DNA of 32,000 bases from Nitrosopumilaceae archaeon (GCA_035631875.1 DASQHX010000009.1:137558-169557), one strand, 5' to 3'. Shown: positions 15,460 through 24,752, counted from the first letter of the stretch. The notes: generated by a model from the letters alone, not told the origin. Numbers and translations are program-made.

Positions 15460-15549
15460 GTCATTTTTAATTCAAAAACATTAACATGGTTTTCAAATTT
15501 GTTCATTTTTCTCACAAGTTATTTATCTTCATTATTTTACGCATATACT

Positions 15550-15900
15550 ATGAAAGATGTAGAAATAAAGATGGAAAGTTTGAACATAAAGCCTCATACT
15601 GAGATCAAAGGTAAGATTCAAGTGAATTATTCTGGTCGATACGACGGTGTTGTTGTGAACACACAGATATTAAATTCAAATCAACTCATAGTTTACAAAT
15701 CATATAACGGTAAAATTATTTCTCAAAATCTATCACGATTATTCATTAACAAAAACGATATGCCGCAAAACATGGTAGAATTTACAGCAATGATAGAATT
15801 TGAACCAAATCAAACTCATGATGTAAAATTTCGTGTATCCATAATACAAGAACATAAAGAGATTGAAAGTGACATTGTCTTTGCTAAGTTAATGCCCTAA
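15550..15900 (+). CDS. hypothetical beta-sandwich protein (arrestin-N/Spo0M-like pattern)
   Basis: The track ORF 15499..15900 starts at TTG; the ATG at 15550 (MKDVEIK) is likely. IKPHTEIKGKIQVNYSG...VVVNTQI alternation suggests an all-beta fold. Function unknown. Confidence 0.5.
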   Translation: MKDVEIKMESLNIKPHTEIKGKIQVNYSGRYDGVVVNTQILNSNQLIVYKSYNGKIISQNLSRLFINKNDMPQNMVEFTAMIEFEPNQTHDVKFRVSIIQEHKEIESDIVFAKLMP

Positions 15901-15943
15901 GAGCTGTTGATAATTCAAATTGTGAATCTAAATAGAAAGATGA

Positions 15944-16423
15944 TTAAGAAGTTGTAGCACCATGCACAACGTCAATCTCGCCTGTCATCCATGGATGTGG
16001 GTCACAATGATACTTTATTGTTGCCTCTTGAGTAAATAGAAATTGATATGTCGTTCCTGCCTTGATTATTCCAGGAGAGCCGAATTGACCACTATACGCA
16101 TCTTTGAATACACTACCTTGATCTGGTGTGACTGTGTGACCAGTGTCAGGACTGGTGTTTTTCCAAATAACTAGATTGTTTACACCAAGCTGAGACTCTA
16201 TTTTCTTCGGTACAAAATTTTGTTCTTGTTGTTGGTTTTCAGCACCTGGCACTATAGTTATAGTAGTTGCTTCACCAGGGTGCAATACTTTTTCAGGAAT
16301 TATTGGTTTTGCATTAAATTCAGGGACGAAATATAATTGATAATATGAAACTCCAACAGCAGCCCCAATTATGACTGCGATTAATCCTATACCATAAGCG
16401 TGACTTGAACTTGGAAGGCTCAA
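15944..16423 (-). CDS. membrane-anchored type-1 (blue) copper protein, plastocyanin-like
   Basis: 159 aa with an N-terminal TM anchor. Cupredoxin ligands: His in TGHTVTPD and C-x2-H-x3-M in HCDPHPWM. TTG start. Confidence 0.85.
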   Translation of the reverse strand: MSLPSSSHAYGIGLIAVIIGAAVGVSYYQLYFVPEFNAKPIIPEKVLHPGEATTITIVPGAENQQQEQNFVPKKIESQLGVNNLVIWKNTSPDTGHTVTPDQGSVFKDAYSGQFGSPGIIKAGTTYQFLFTQEATIKYHCDPHPWMTGEIDVVHGATTS

Positions 16424-16485
16424 CTGATAATAATTTTTTTGTTTGTCATATAAAGTTATTCGATCGTATGTATTAGAAAAATAAT

Positions 16486-18048
16486 TTATGGCTTTTTAAG
16501 ATCAGATGTTCCAACCGTTGGTTCTCTAATATTTTCTAGATTTGCCGTTTTTATTTCAGGAGCTGGTACAGTGTTAGGGGCTGTTATTGACTGTGAATTT
16601 TCTTTTCCAGGAAGTGTTACGGCAGAATCTGATGAAGCGCCTATTGGTTTTGGAATTTCATCAGATGCTTGTGGTGGAGGAGTTGGAATTTTCTTTGCTT
16701 CACTTAGTCCGTGTCTGTAAAGATGGAACATGCCAGCAAATACCATTAAAATCAATCCTACTAGAAAGAGTGAAAAGTTTTTCATTCCAGACAGTGCTGC
16801 ATTGTATGCTGCAATGTTAAGATACACTTGGAATGCTAAGAGTGCAACAATAAGCCAATTGATCCATTTTCCTGACAGGTTTATTTGAGCTACTTTATGT
16901 GGTCCTTTTGATGCTGCAAGCTTTGCTTTTCTTTCAGCTTCTTTGGCAAGCTTAATCATCATATATGAGAATCCAAATCCAATTGGAACCAGCAATAACA
17001 TTACTGTATAAAAGAATACAGGGTCTATGACAAGTCTAGCTACAAGCGCCTTTGTTGCATCTGGTGAAATATAGAACCCCCAATACGTTGTCACCATAAC
17101 CTGAGCTATTCCCGTTATTCCAAATGCAGTAATTATGGGCCTATCCTTCCAAGAGAATTTCTTGTACCTATCAATAAACGGAGTCAAAGCAAGAGCTATG
17201 ATAAACATTGCAGGCCAAGCTACTCCAGTTACAAATTTATCATATTGTGTTCTAAGAAACGCGTAAATTCCTGTAAGATACCATTCTGGTACAGTAATAC
17301 CAGGAGGCACTGTGGGTTCAAATTTGGAACCTAGATCAACTGGAAAGACTCCACCTGTGATAAATATTGCACCAGAAATTGCCATTACCATCGGAATATC
17401 AAAAACCAAAAATCGTGGCATGTGAACTGCCATTAATCCAAGCATTACTATTGGTAAGACAAACACGTGTTGAGTATAGAACCGCAGAACAAAGTCTGCA
17501 AATCCTGAACCAAACATGGCATCACGTATAGTTGGCCCTGCAATAGGTATAGAGTTTGTGAGCGATGCTGCGATGCTTATTGCTAGCTCAGCTCGTTCAC
17601 TGAATATTATATCATAACCTGTAAAAGCTTCTAGGATTGTCACTGTACCAAGAATGACTCCAGTAAACCAGATGAGTTCATTTCTTATCTTGTATCTTCC
17701 ACTAAAGTATTGATAATACATGTGTAATACTGCTAAGAGAACCATTGCATTAGATGCATGATAATGAATATTTCTTATCATAAAACCAAATGGAACTGTA
17801 TTGTTTATTTTTGCAACACTGTCCCATGCTCTATCTAGTATTGGTTCATAGTAAAACATCAAAAGTGCGCCAGAAATTCCTAAGATTATAAAAGTCACAA
17901 ATGTAAGCATTCCAAGGAATCCAAATGGACTTACAAATCTTGCTGGAAATGAAAATTTAGTACCAATGAATACTGTTCTTTCAAATCCATCCCAAACCCA
18001 GTAGAAGAAATCTACTAGACCGTTTCTACGTTTTAAGGATGCGACCAT
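16486..18048 (-). CDS. cytochrome b (complex III / b6f-type) with C-terminal extension
   Basis: 520 aa. Bis-His haem pairs in NIHYHASNAMVLLAVLHMYY and YTQHVFVLPIVMLGLMAVHMP. About 10 or more TM segments. The C-terminal part has 2 extra TMs and a Pro/Ser/Thr-rich tail of about 70 aa. Confidence 0.88.
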   Translation of the reverse strand: MVASLKRRNGLVDFFYWVWDGFERTVFIGTKFSFPARFVSPFGFLGMLTFVTFIILGISGALLMFYYEPILDRAWDSVAKINNTVPFGFMIRNIHYHASNAMVLLAVLHMYYQYFSGRYKIRNELIWFTGVILGTVTILEAFTGYDIIFSERAELAISIAASLTNSIPIAGPTIRDAMFGSGFADFVLRFYTQHVFVLPIVMLGLMAVHMPRFLVFDIPMVMAISGAIFITGGVFPVDLGSKFEPTVPPGITVPEWYLTGIYAFLRTQYDKFVTGVAWPAMFIIALALTPFIDRYKKFSWKDRPIITAFGITGIAQVMVTTYWGFYISPDATKALVARLVIDPVFFYTVMLLLVPIGFGFSYMMIKLAKEAERKAKLAASKGPHKVAQINLSGKWINWLIVALLAFQVYLNIAAYNAALSGMKNFSLFLVGLILMVFAGMFHLYRHGLSEAKKIPTPPPQASDEIPKPIGASSDSAVTLPGKENSQSITAPNTVPAPEIKTANLENIREPTVGTSDLKKP

Positions 18049-18637
18049 ATCCTACAATTCCATTAGCGTTTATATCCCATTTAGCTGGTTGAATCCATAA
18101 ATTCCCATCATTATCTGCCTCAAGGTATAATGTTGCAAGAACATTTGAAGGTGGAGCTTGGAGTGAAGCCGGTCCTGCAAAAGCTTTGCCGGTAAGTGGA
18201 TTGTACATGCTTCCATGACATGGACATTCTCCTCTTTTTCTTCCTTCTTGAGGCCAGTATTTCCAAAGACACCATAAATGTAAACATACCATACTATACA
18301 CACGAAAAGCACTAGCATCTTCTACGTCTCCACCAAGTTCTGATGGAAGTCGGATAAATTGCCATTTTTTGAATGCTTCTTGATCAAGAACTGAATCTCC
18401 TGATAACGGATAAGTAATTACTTCAGAGGTATTTTTTGGGAAAGTTTTAGCGTTTGCTTGGGTACCGTCTGGTAGTATTACTTTGGCTTTTGCAGGTGCA
18501 AGATTTGATGGATTTGGCATGAATTTTCCCCAAGGAACAAAAGGAGTAAACGTAAGAGCAGTTCCTGCAGCTGCCAATAACTTTAGAAAATCACGTCTAG
18601 ACAGAACATTCCTAACGCTAGAATCCTGTTCAGACAT
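18026..18637 (-). CDS. Rieske [2Fe-2S] protein with Tat signal
   Basis: 203 aa. Twin-arginine signal SRRDFLKLLAAAG; cluster boxes CLHLWC and CPCHGS. The 3' end overlaps the cytochrome b start by 23 nt. Confidence 0.9.
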   Translation of the reverse strand: MSEQDSSVRNVLSRRDFLKLLAAAGTALTFTPFVPWGKFMPNPSNLAPAKAKVILPDGTQANAKTFPKNTSEVITYPLSGDSVLDQEAFKKWQFIRLPSELGGDVEDASAFRVYSMVCLHLWCLWKYWPQEGRKRGECPCHGSMYNPLTGKAFAGPASLQAPPSNVLATLYLEADNDGNLWIQPAKWDINANGIVGYGRILKT

Positions 18638-18676
18638 CTAGCTTTCGTTTTTGAAAAAATTGCATATAAACCTTGT

Positions 18677-21600
18677 CTAACTTCGCTTCGAAATTTTGAA
18701 TTTTTTGAAAGTAATTATAATTATGACAATTGCTGCAGCAATCCCAATTATTATTTCCGTTAATGTATAATAAATTTCATTAGACGATTCTTTTCTCTCT
18801 GGAGAGAACATTTTACTTATAGCATTATTATCAATATTTACCACAATTGTCTGTGATGCTTCATTTCCAGCCTTGTCTATTGCTAAAACCGTGATGTCAT
18901 ATTTTCCATTTTCTAATGTTCTTGTATCAAACGGTACAGAACTCTTATCCAATATTTTTTGGTGTGGTAGAATGACTGTGATTCCACCATGATCTAAAAG
19001 ATTCTGTTCATTTATTTGAAGATCTATTGTGGATATGTTCGAGATGGTTGAACCATTTGTTAAAGATTTGAAAATAATTTCAGGTGCAGTATTATCAATA
19101 GTAAATAGAGCTTCCTTTGATATTGTGTGTCCAACTGTATCTGTTACAACTAATCTAATAGTATGTGTACCTTCAGTTAGTTGTTGAGATATGATCGAGA
19201 ATATGGTTTCATTAAATTTTTGTGGCCCAATTCCATCAAGATAATATCTTATACTGTCAATATCCTCTCCTATTATTTTTGGTTTAATTTTGAATGTACT
19301 ATTAATAAAATCAGGAATACCAAATTGTATTTTTGGACCATTTTCATCAGGTAGAATGGTAGAAAATTTTGCAGTTACTGTTAATGGTTCAGCTACAGAT
19401 TGTCCCCCAAACAAAGTTGAGTGCATTAAAATGGAATATGTTCCAGTTTGATTAATTGGAGCATACAATATAGTTGATGTTGCATCTTTGTTTTTTATAG
19501 GATAAAATCCTCCACCTTCACTAAATGGAGAGCTAGTACCAAGCCAATCGCCAGTTGGCCAACCCTGAAATTGTCCTAATATTCCTGCTGGAACATTTGT
19601 TTGTACAATTCTTCCTTGAGGATCTACTACAAACACAGATAGATTTGTGTCCTTGTTTTCCCACGAGATATTTAATGAAGCTGCATTTATTGTTCTGTCT
19701 TGAACATCAAAATAATATTGTCTCCAATCACCCGCATTATACCTATTTGCCATGTCAAACGCACCACCAATGTATCCATTACCGTATAACACGTCACCAT
19801 TTTGCGTACCTTGTATAACAGTAGGCAAATCTTTTGGTTGAAGTTTCTTTAAGACTCCAAAGGAAACTGGGACATTAACTTCATGTAAGCTATCTTTGAA
19901 TGAAAGAAATCCTTGATGAACACCGGGCATAGAATCTGATGGTACGATAAGTGTTGCTACCACTTGAGTGGAACTGTACGGTGCAACTTGTATATCATCA
20001 GAGTTTACCCATATATCACTCCAGTTTTGTTTTTTGTAATAACTAGCAGTAATTGTATAATCCATTGAGGTAGAGTTTTTCTTTGTATCTCCCTGCCAGT
20101 AAGAAAATCTTGTTGGGACAGGATATACACCAACTAGTGGGATATGTTTGATTTTTAAATTGGGATCTGAGACTTGTAGTTGTTGAACTGTTCCCCATGA
20201 CCCTCCTCTGTTTACCATGGAAAGTTCTGTATAGTCAGGTTTACCGTCTTTATTTTTGTCGTTCCAATCATATAGATAAAGAGATGAAATTTTGATATCG
20301 TCTGCATACATCTTAGATGACGCATTCAAAAAATCTGAAAATGGAAAGTTGAGATCAAGGATCATCAATGATGCATCATTTGGAATAGGTCTTGATTTCT
20401 TGAAGAAAGAAAGCAGATCAAAATGATCTTTTACATTTTCAAGAGGTATGTAATTTGGTCTATAGACTCCAGGTTTATTCAATAGAGAATCTTGTAGATT
20501 TACAGTAGTAGTATCATCGTATTGCGATTTCTTGATCAATTCAAGAACTTGTGGCGTTATTTTAATTTCAAGCGTTTTGTTTGTTGGGTTTTCAATAGTA
20601 AAGGTGGCAGATGTTCTATCACCAGGAAGTAATCTACCTCCAAACCATGAAGTTTGTGGAAAAGAATTATTGTTTAATTGGAATCTTTCTAATCCCATTG
20701 AAGATGAATTCAATGCTTTAATTGGAACGTCTACGATCTTTTTTATGTTAGAGTATGATGCATTGTTATATACAATAAACATGTCATCTTTTCCTTTAAC
20801 AAAATTTACAGCATTTGTTACATTTACTAATCCTGATCCTTGTGTAAATGGATCATTTTTCAGATCAGTTGCGGTGGACATCAGAATATTTTCTATTTTA
20901 AATGTATCATATTGTTCGCCTTTCTGTTTTAGACTTTCCATCAATACAGCTGCTGAACCAGCAACAAGCGGAGCTGCCAAACTTGTTCCACCAAAAAGTA
21001 CGAATGGATCAGTTGCATTTTTGTTATATTTTGTAACACTTGTTGGAGTAAAACTATATTCACCAATTCCCATCAAATCAGGCTTTGGATCACCTACTAA
21101 GCTAGGTCCTCTACTTGAGAAACCCGCAATTTCACCTGAGAAATAAGTGCTATTTCCAAATCTTGGTTGATTCTTAAATGAACTAGAACCAATGTATACA
21201 TTGTTTGTTACAGCCCCTATTGTCAGGGCATATGGTGCAGCATCTGGAGTCCCCAAAGTTCCATATCCATGTCCTGCATTTCCTGCACTACTTACTACAA
21301 GTATACCGGGATAGTTTTTGTCAAGAGAACCTGGTACTTCAAGTGCACTTAACAATAACGACTGTATGTCAAGCCCTGGTACTGATTGTAAAATTGGAAA
21401 AGTAGAGATCCCCCAACTATTTGATAATATGTCAACTCTAGGTTTTCCGTCAAAGACCCAAGCATTTTTTTCTTGATTGAATCCAGCTGCCCACAGCCAA
21501 CCATACACTGCATCACCAAACCACAATGCTTTGATTGGAACGATTTTTGCCCCAGGTGCTACACCTCTTAGAGAATATTTTGTAGTGTTACCGTAAATAT

Positions 21601-22960
21601 CATACTTTTCAATTCCTTTTGACGCTATTGATGCAGCTGTAGAAGTTCCGTGACCTTGAAAATCATACATTACACCAAAGTAATTTCCTTTTGTATCGAT
21701 TGGGGTCAATAGAGTCCCATTGGTTGCGCCAATTTTTTTATCAATTATTGATGATTTTCCTATCACCCCATAAACATCAAGTACTCGTGCACCAACAGTA
21801 CCTGCACTATAATCTAATTTTCCATCATTGTTTGAATCATATACAAGAAATTCTTTTCCATTTCCCAAAGTAATTGGAGTCTCATCTGTGAAATCATAAT
21901 CATACTGTGGAGCACTGCCTAGAGATAGATCAAAACGAGTAAAATCTTTCCAAGAATCAGACATGTCAGGTATTATGGTATCATACAAACCCGCTATTTT
22001 GGAATCAACCACAAGTACCGGAACTAGTTGTAAGCGTGAAGATTGACCCTGTAAAACATTTTCATAAATCACACCAAAGTGGTATATGCCACTTTTTGAA
22101 ATTATGAAACTTTTACTATTTTTTCCAATTTTATAGTCGCTTGATGTAGTACCAGTAAGAACAGGACCACTACCACCTTTAGGATACATAGAGTTGAAAA
22201 CTTGAATGTCAGTACCATTCCCATTTTTGTTTAAGTTCAAAAATACTCCCTTAGAATTCACATAAATATTAGAAGTGATGTTTTTTGGAATTGTTGTAGT
22301 GTAGTTTTTTATTATTCCTTTATCATTTATGTTTGCGATGAAAGTTGCATTTGTTAAAACTAGTCCCTGGCCGTCAGCGTCAATCATAACTGGAGCGTTA
22401 TTTTTGTCACGTGCGACAGAATCTCGAACATCAGAGTTTGAAAAATCTGTTCCTGTATCTACGATTCCGATTGTTATTCCTTTTCCAGTATAGCCATATT
22501 TTTGATAAACATCTTCAGTACCAAGAATCTTTCCTATTCTAGATCCCTCTTGAACAATCACATTTGTATTAAATTGATTTAAAGAGTCAAACTCTAAAGG
22601 AAAATCTTCAATTACTGTATATCCTTTTAATTTAAGATTCAAGATATCGTTCTGAGAAAAAACTCCTACGGAAAAAAAACCATTGTTTGAGCTTGTGTCA
22701 TAGATTAAGTTGTGTGCAATTGATCTTACATCTGAGATAGGACCAGAACCAAATACTACATATCTTTTTACAGGATTTTCATATGACTCTGGCAAGAACG
22801 TTATAATGCCAGATTTTTCTACAAATGCAACAGACGGGTTTGTACTGATAAGATCAGCATCATAAAAAGCAGAAGCAGGTTTTGCAGCTGTAGAAAAGAG
22901 TAATGTAAAAATTAAAAAAATTGTTAATTCCTGAATGACAAAAAAGCCTTTTTTTGTCAT
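18677..22960 (-). CDS. membrane-anchored S8 subtilisin-like serine protease, 1427 aa
   Basis: Signal peptide. Catalytic motifs GIVDTGTD (Asp, about residue 168), QGHGTSTAAS (His, about 437), SAGNAG (oxyanion Asn), GGTSLAAPLVAG (Ser, about 660). About 700 aa of beta-rich C-terminal domains includes Ig-like repeats (TDTVGHT..., IDKAGNE...). C-terminal TM plus KKFKISKRS. Confidence 0.9.
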   Translation of the reverse strand: MTKKGFFVIQELTIFLIFTLLFSTAAKPASAFYDADLISTNPSVAFVEKSGIITFLPESYENPVKRYVVFGSGPISDVRSIAHNLIYDTSSNNGFFSVGVFSQNDILNLKLKGYTVIEDFPLEFDSLNQFNTNVIVQEGSRIGKILGTEDVYQKYGYTGKGITIGIVDTGTDFSNSDVRDSVARDKNNAPVMIDADGQGLVLTNATFIANINDKGIIKNYTTTIPKNITSNIYVNSKGVFLNLNKNGNGTDIQVFNSMYPKGGSGPVLTGTTSSDYKIGKNSKSFIISKSGIYHFGVIYENVLQGQSSRLQLVPVLVVDSKIAGLYDTIIPDMSDSWKDFTRFDLSLGSAPQYDYDFTDETPITLGNGKEFLVYDSNNDGKLDYSAGTVGARVLDVYGVIGKSSIIDKKIGATNGTLLTPIDTKGNYFGVMYDFQGHGTSTAASIASKGIEKYDIYGNTTKYSLRGVAPGAKIVPIKALWFGDAVYGWLWAAGFNQEKNAWVFDGKPRVDILSNSWGISTFPILQSVPGLDIQSLLLSALEVPGSLDKNYPGILVVSSAGNAGHGYGTLGTPDAAPYALTIGAVTNNVYIGSSSFKNQPRFGNSTYFSGEIAGFSSRGPSLVGDPKPDLMGIGEYSFTPTSVTKYNKNATDPFVLFGGTSLAAPLVAGSAAVLMESLKQKGEQYDTFKIENILMSTATDLKNDPFTQGSGLVNVTNAVNFVKGKDDMFIVYNNASYSNIKKIVDVPIKALNSSSMGLERFQLNNNSFPQTSWFGGRLLPGDRTSATFTIENPTNKTLEIKITPQVLELIKKSQYDDTTTVNLQDSLLNKPGVYRPNYIPLENVKDHFDLLSFFKKSRPIPNDASLMILDLNFPFSDFLNASSKMYADDIKISSLYLYDWNDKNKDGKPDYTELSMVNRGGSWGTVQQLQVSDPNLKIKHIPLVGVYPVPTRFSYWQGDTKKNSTSMDYTITASYYKKQNWSDIWVNSDDIQVAPYSSTQVVATLIVPSDSMPGVHQGFLSFKDSLHEVNVPVSFGVLKKLQPKDLPTVIQGTQNGDVLYGNGYIGGAFDMANRYNAGDWRQYYFDVQDRTINAASLNISWENKDTNLSVFVVDPQGRIVQTNVPAGILGQFQGWPTGDWLGTSSPFSEGGGFYPIKNKDATSTILYAPINQTGTYSILMHSTLFGGQSVAEPLTVTAKFSTILPDENGPKIQFGIPDFINSTFKIKPKIIGEDIDSIRYYLDGIGPQKFNETIFSIISQQLTEGTHTIRLVVTDTVGHTISKEALFTIDNTAPEIIFKSLTNGSTISNISTIDLQINEQNLLDHGGITVILPHQKILDKSSVPFDTRTLENGKYDITVLAIDKAGNEASQTIVVNIDNNAISKMFSPERKESSNEIYYTLTEIIIGIAAAIVIIIITFKKFKISKRS

Positions 22961-22965
22961 TATTG

Positions 22966-23973
22966 TTATCTTCGCCTAGCAAGAATTGTTATTTGCAATG
23001 CAATAATTATTGCTATCAATGCTACAACCGGAAGAAACAACGAATTAAATTGTCCTGACGCTGCCTCGAGATTGCTAACAGATATGGACATGGAACTTAC
23101 ACTTTGGTTTATGTGTTGGTTTGCTTGAGTTACTGATTGTTGACTACTGTTTAATACTTGACCAAAACTTCCAATTTCTGATTTTAGCTTATCTAGTTCT
23201 TGTGATGTAGAATCCAAGACAGAGTTTAGTTTTATTATTTGATTAGATATTCCCTCAATGTTCTGTTTGAGTACAACTGTAACTCCAGACCCTTGAGAGA
23301 TACTTCCTTGATCAAAGGCAGTTATATGAAATACATAGGTTCCTTCCTCAGGCGGTGTATAATCAACATAGTAAATTCCCTGATGAAGTGTTTGGAATGA
23401 ATCACCTAGGCTTACTACTGTACCATCAGGCAGATGCACATGCGAAGTACCCAGAAGTTTTGATGCAGAACCTGCAACCAAAAGTCCATCGTTTGTTACT
23501 TGGACAAATACTCTAATGGGTTGATTTACTGCCGCTGTTTGTGGTGCAAAGACTAGTGTGTCTAGAGTTCCTTGTATGACTGAGGCTGGCACAGATATGG
23601 TTGATGATGATTGAACAAATTTGACATCGATTTTTTGTGAGGTGCCTTTTTCTGCAGTTGCTATTGCTTCTACAGAATATGTACCGTATGCAAAATTTGT
23701 AGTGGCATTAGGCCATCGTATTAGAATGTGATCAAAACCACCGTTGTTATCTGCAGTAATTTGATCAAATTTTGCAATCGTACCATCAGGAGCAAAAAGT
23801 CTTATAATTAATGGTTCATTTGGCAGTGCTGTTCCATACACCAAAAGAGGTTGACCATCTGAATACACCTGCTTATCAGTGGACATTTGTAATGCAAAGG
23901 CTTGCACCATAGATAAATTGGTGATAAGTATCAAAAAGAAGAAAAGTATAGTTGCTGTTTTCAACCTATTCAT
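22966..23973 (-). CDS. secreted, C-terminally anchored surface protein with Ig/MG2-like repeats and a coiled-coil stalk
   Basis: Signal peptide (ATILFFFLILITNLSMVQA). Two beta-sandwich-like repeats (YSDGQPLLVYG...APDGT; HLPDGTVV...GTYVFHITAFD). A Gln/Ser-rich heptad region. C-terminal TM plus RRR. Its stop lies 5 nt upstream of the protease start. GTG 23979 or ATG 23973. Confidence 0.7.
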   Translation of the reverse strand: MNRLKTATILFFFLILITNLSMVQAFALQMSTDKQVYSDGQPLLVYGTALPNEPLIIRLFAPDGTIAKFDQITADNNGGFDHILIRWPNATTNFAYGTYSVEAIATAEKGTSQKIDVKFVQSSSTISVPASVIQGTLDTLVFAPQTAAVNQPIRVFVQVTNDGLLVAGSASKLLGTSHVHLPDGTVVSLGDSFQTLHQGIYYVDYTPPEEGTYVFHITAFDQGSISQGSGVTVVLKQNIEGISNQIIKLNSVLDSTSQELDKLKSEIGSFGQVLNSSQQSVTQANQHINQSVSSMSISVSNLEAASGQFNSLFLPVVALIAIIIALQITILARRR

Positions 23974-24077
23974 GATCACTCCATCCCATAGATATTAGTT
24001 CTGTTAAATATGAACAATTCATTCATCTAAATTATAATCAATAAAAGATTTTATCTTTATTGCAAAACATCATTCTT

Positions 24078-24698
24078 TTAATCAATGTTATATCTATCAG
24101 AGCTCATTGAATTTATAGCAACCATAGAAAAGTTGAATTGTTCTTTTTTCATTATTGTAACAGATGCATTTCTAATGACTAATTCGTATAAAGATTCTGG
24201 TTTTAGCTGCAAAACTGTTGAGATCATTGCTTTGATTGGATCCATATGAGTTACAAGTAAAATATTTTCATTGTCATGTTTCTGAGAACAATAGTTAACC
24301 ATATCAAGAATTCTTTTTTTCACACTAGAGAACGGTTCAACTCCATTTTGTTCTATTATAGGATTATCTTGATAAAATTTTAAAAAAATATTACCATGTT
24401 TAGCAAACATTTCTTCATATAACATTCCTGAGAAGCTTCCCATCTCAATCTCTGTTAATCGCGGATCTATTTCATACTGAAGATTTAGTTTATCAGAAAC
24501 GATTGTTGCGGTATGTGTAGCACGTTCAATAGGACTAGAATAAATTGCAGAAATTTTGAGTGGTTGTAGAAAAGTTGCTATTTTTTCTGCCTGTTGTAAT
24601 CCAAGTTCTGTTAATGGAATTCCTTCAGATCGTCCAGCAAGAACTCTTTCGACATTGTTTGTAGCTTGCGCATGGCGTAAAAAAATAATCAAGGACAA
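24078..24698 (-). CDS. histidine phosphatase family protein (phosphoglycerate mutase / cobC-like)
   Basis: 206 aa. N-terminal IIFLRHAQA (RHG-type catalytic His), ERATHT, and a late THMDP His motif. TTG start. Confidence 0.75.
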   Translation of the reverse strand: MSLIIFLRHAQATNNVERVLAGRSEGIPLTELGLQQAEKIATFLQPLKISAIYSSPIERATHTATIVSDKLNLQYEIDPRLTEIEMGSFSGMLYEEMFAKHGNIFLKFYQDNPIIEQNGVEPFSSVKKRILDMVNYCSQKHDNENILLVTHMDPIKAMISTVLQLKPESLYELVIRNASVTIMKKEQFNFSMVAINSMSSDRYNID

Positions 24699-24752
24699 TA
24701 TTACAAACGATATTGAATAGAGATAATAATAACATTACCAGTGCATGATTTT

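Noticed and set aside
12561-15900. Long N-terminal extensions in the ORF track (TTG starts at 13103, 13998, 15499)
   Set aside because: The extensions run through the conserved non-coding leader modules or AT-rich spacer and encode implausible peptides (MHRHTLFFKIGIKSNN..., MFFKRSYQIV..., MFIFLTSYLSSLFYAYT...). Downstream ATG codons at 13055, 13968 and 15550 were preferred.
16587-21873. ORFs 16587..16820(+), 18070..18318(-), 19555..19818(+), 20532..21146(+), 21205..21405(+), 21691..21873(+)
   Set aside because: They lie inside the cytochrome b, Rieske and S8 protease genes in other frames or on the other strand. The host genes carry unambiguous catalytic or cofactor motifs.
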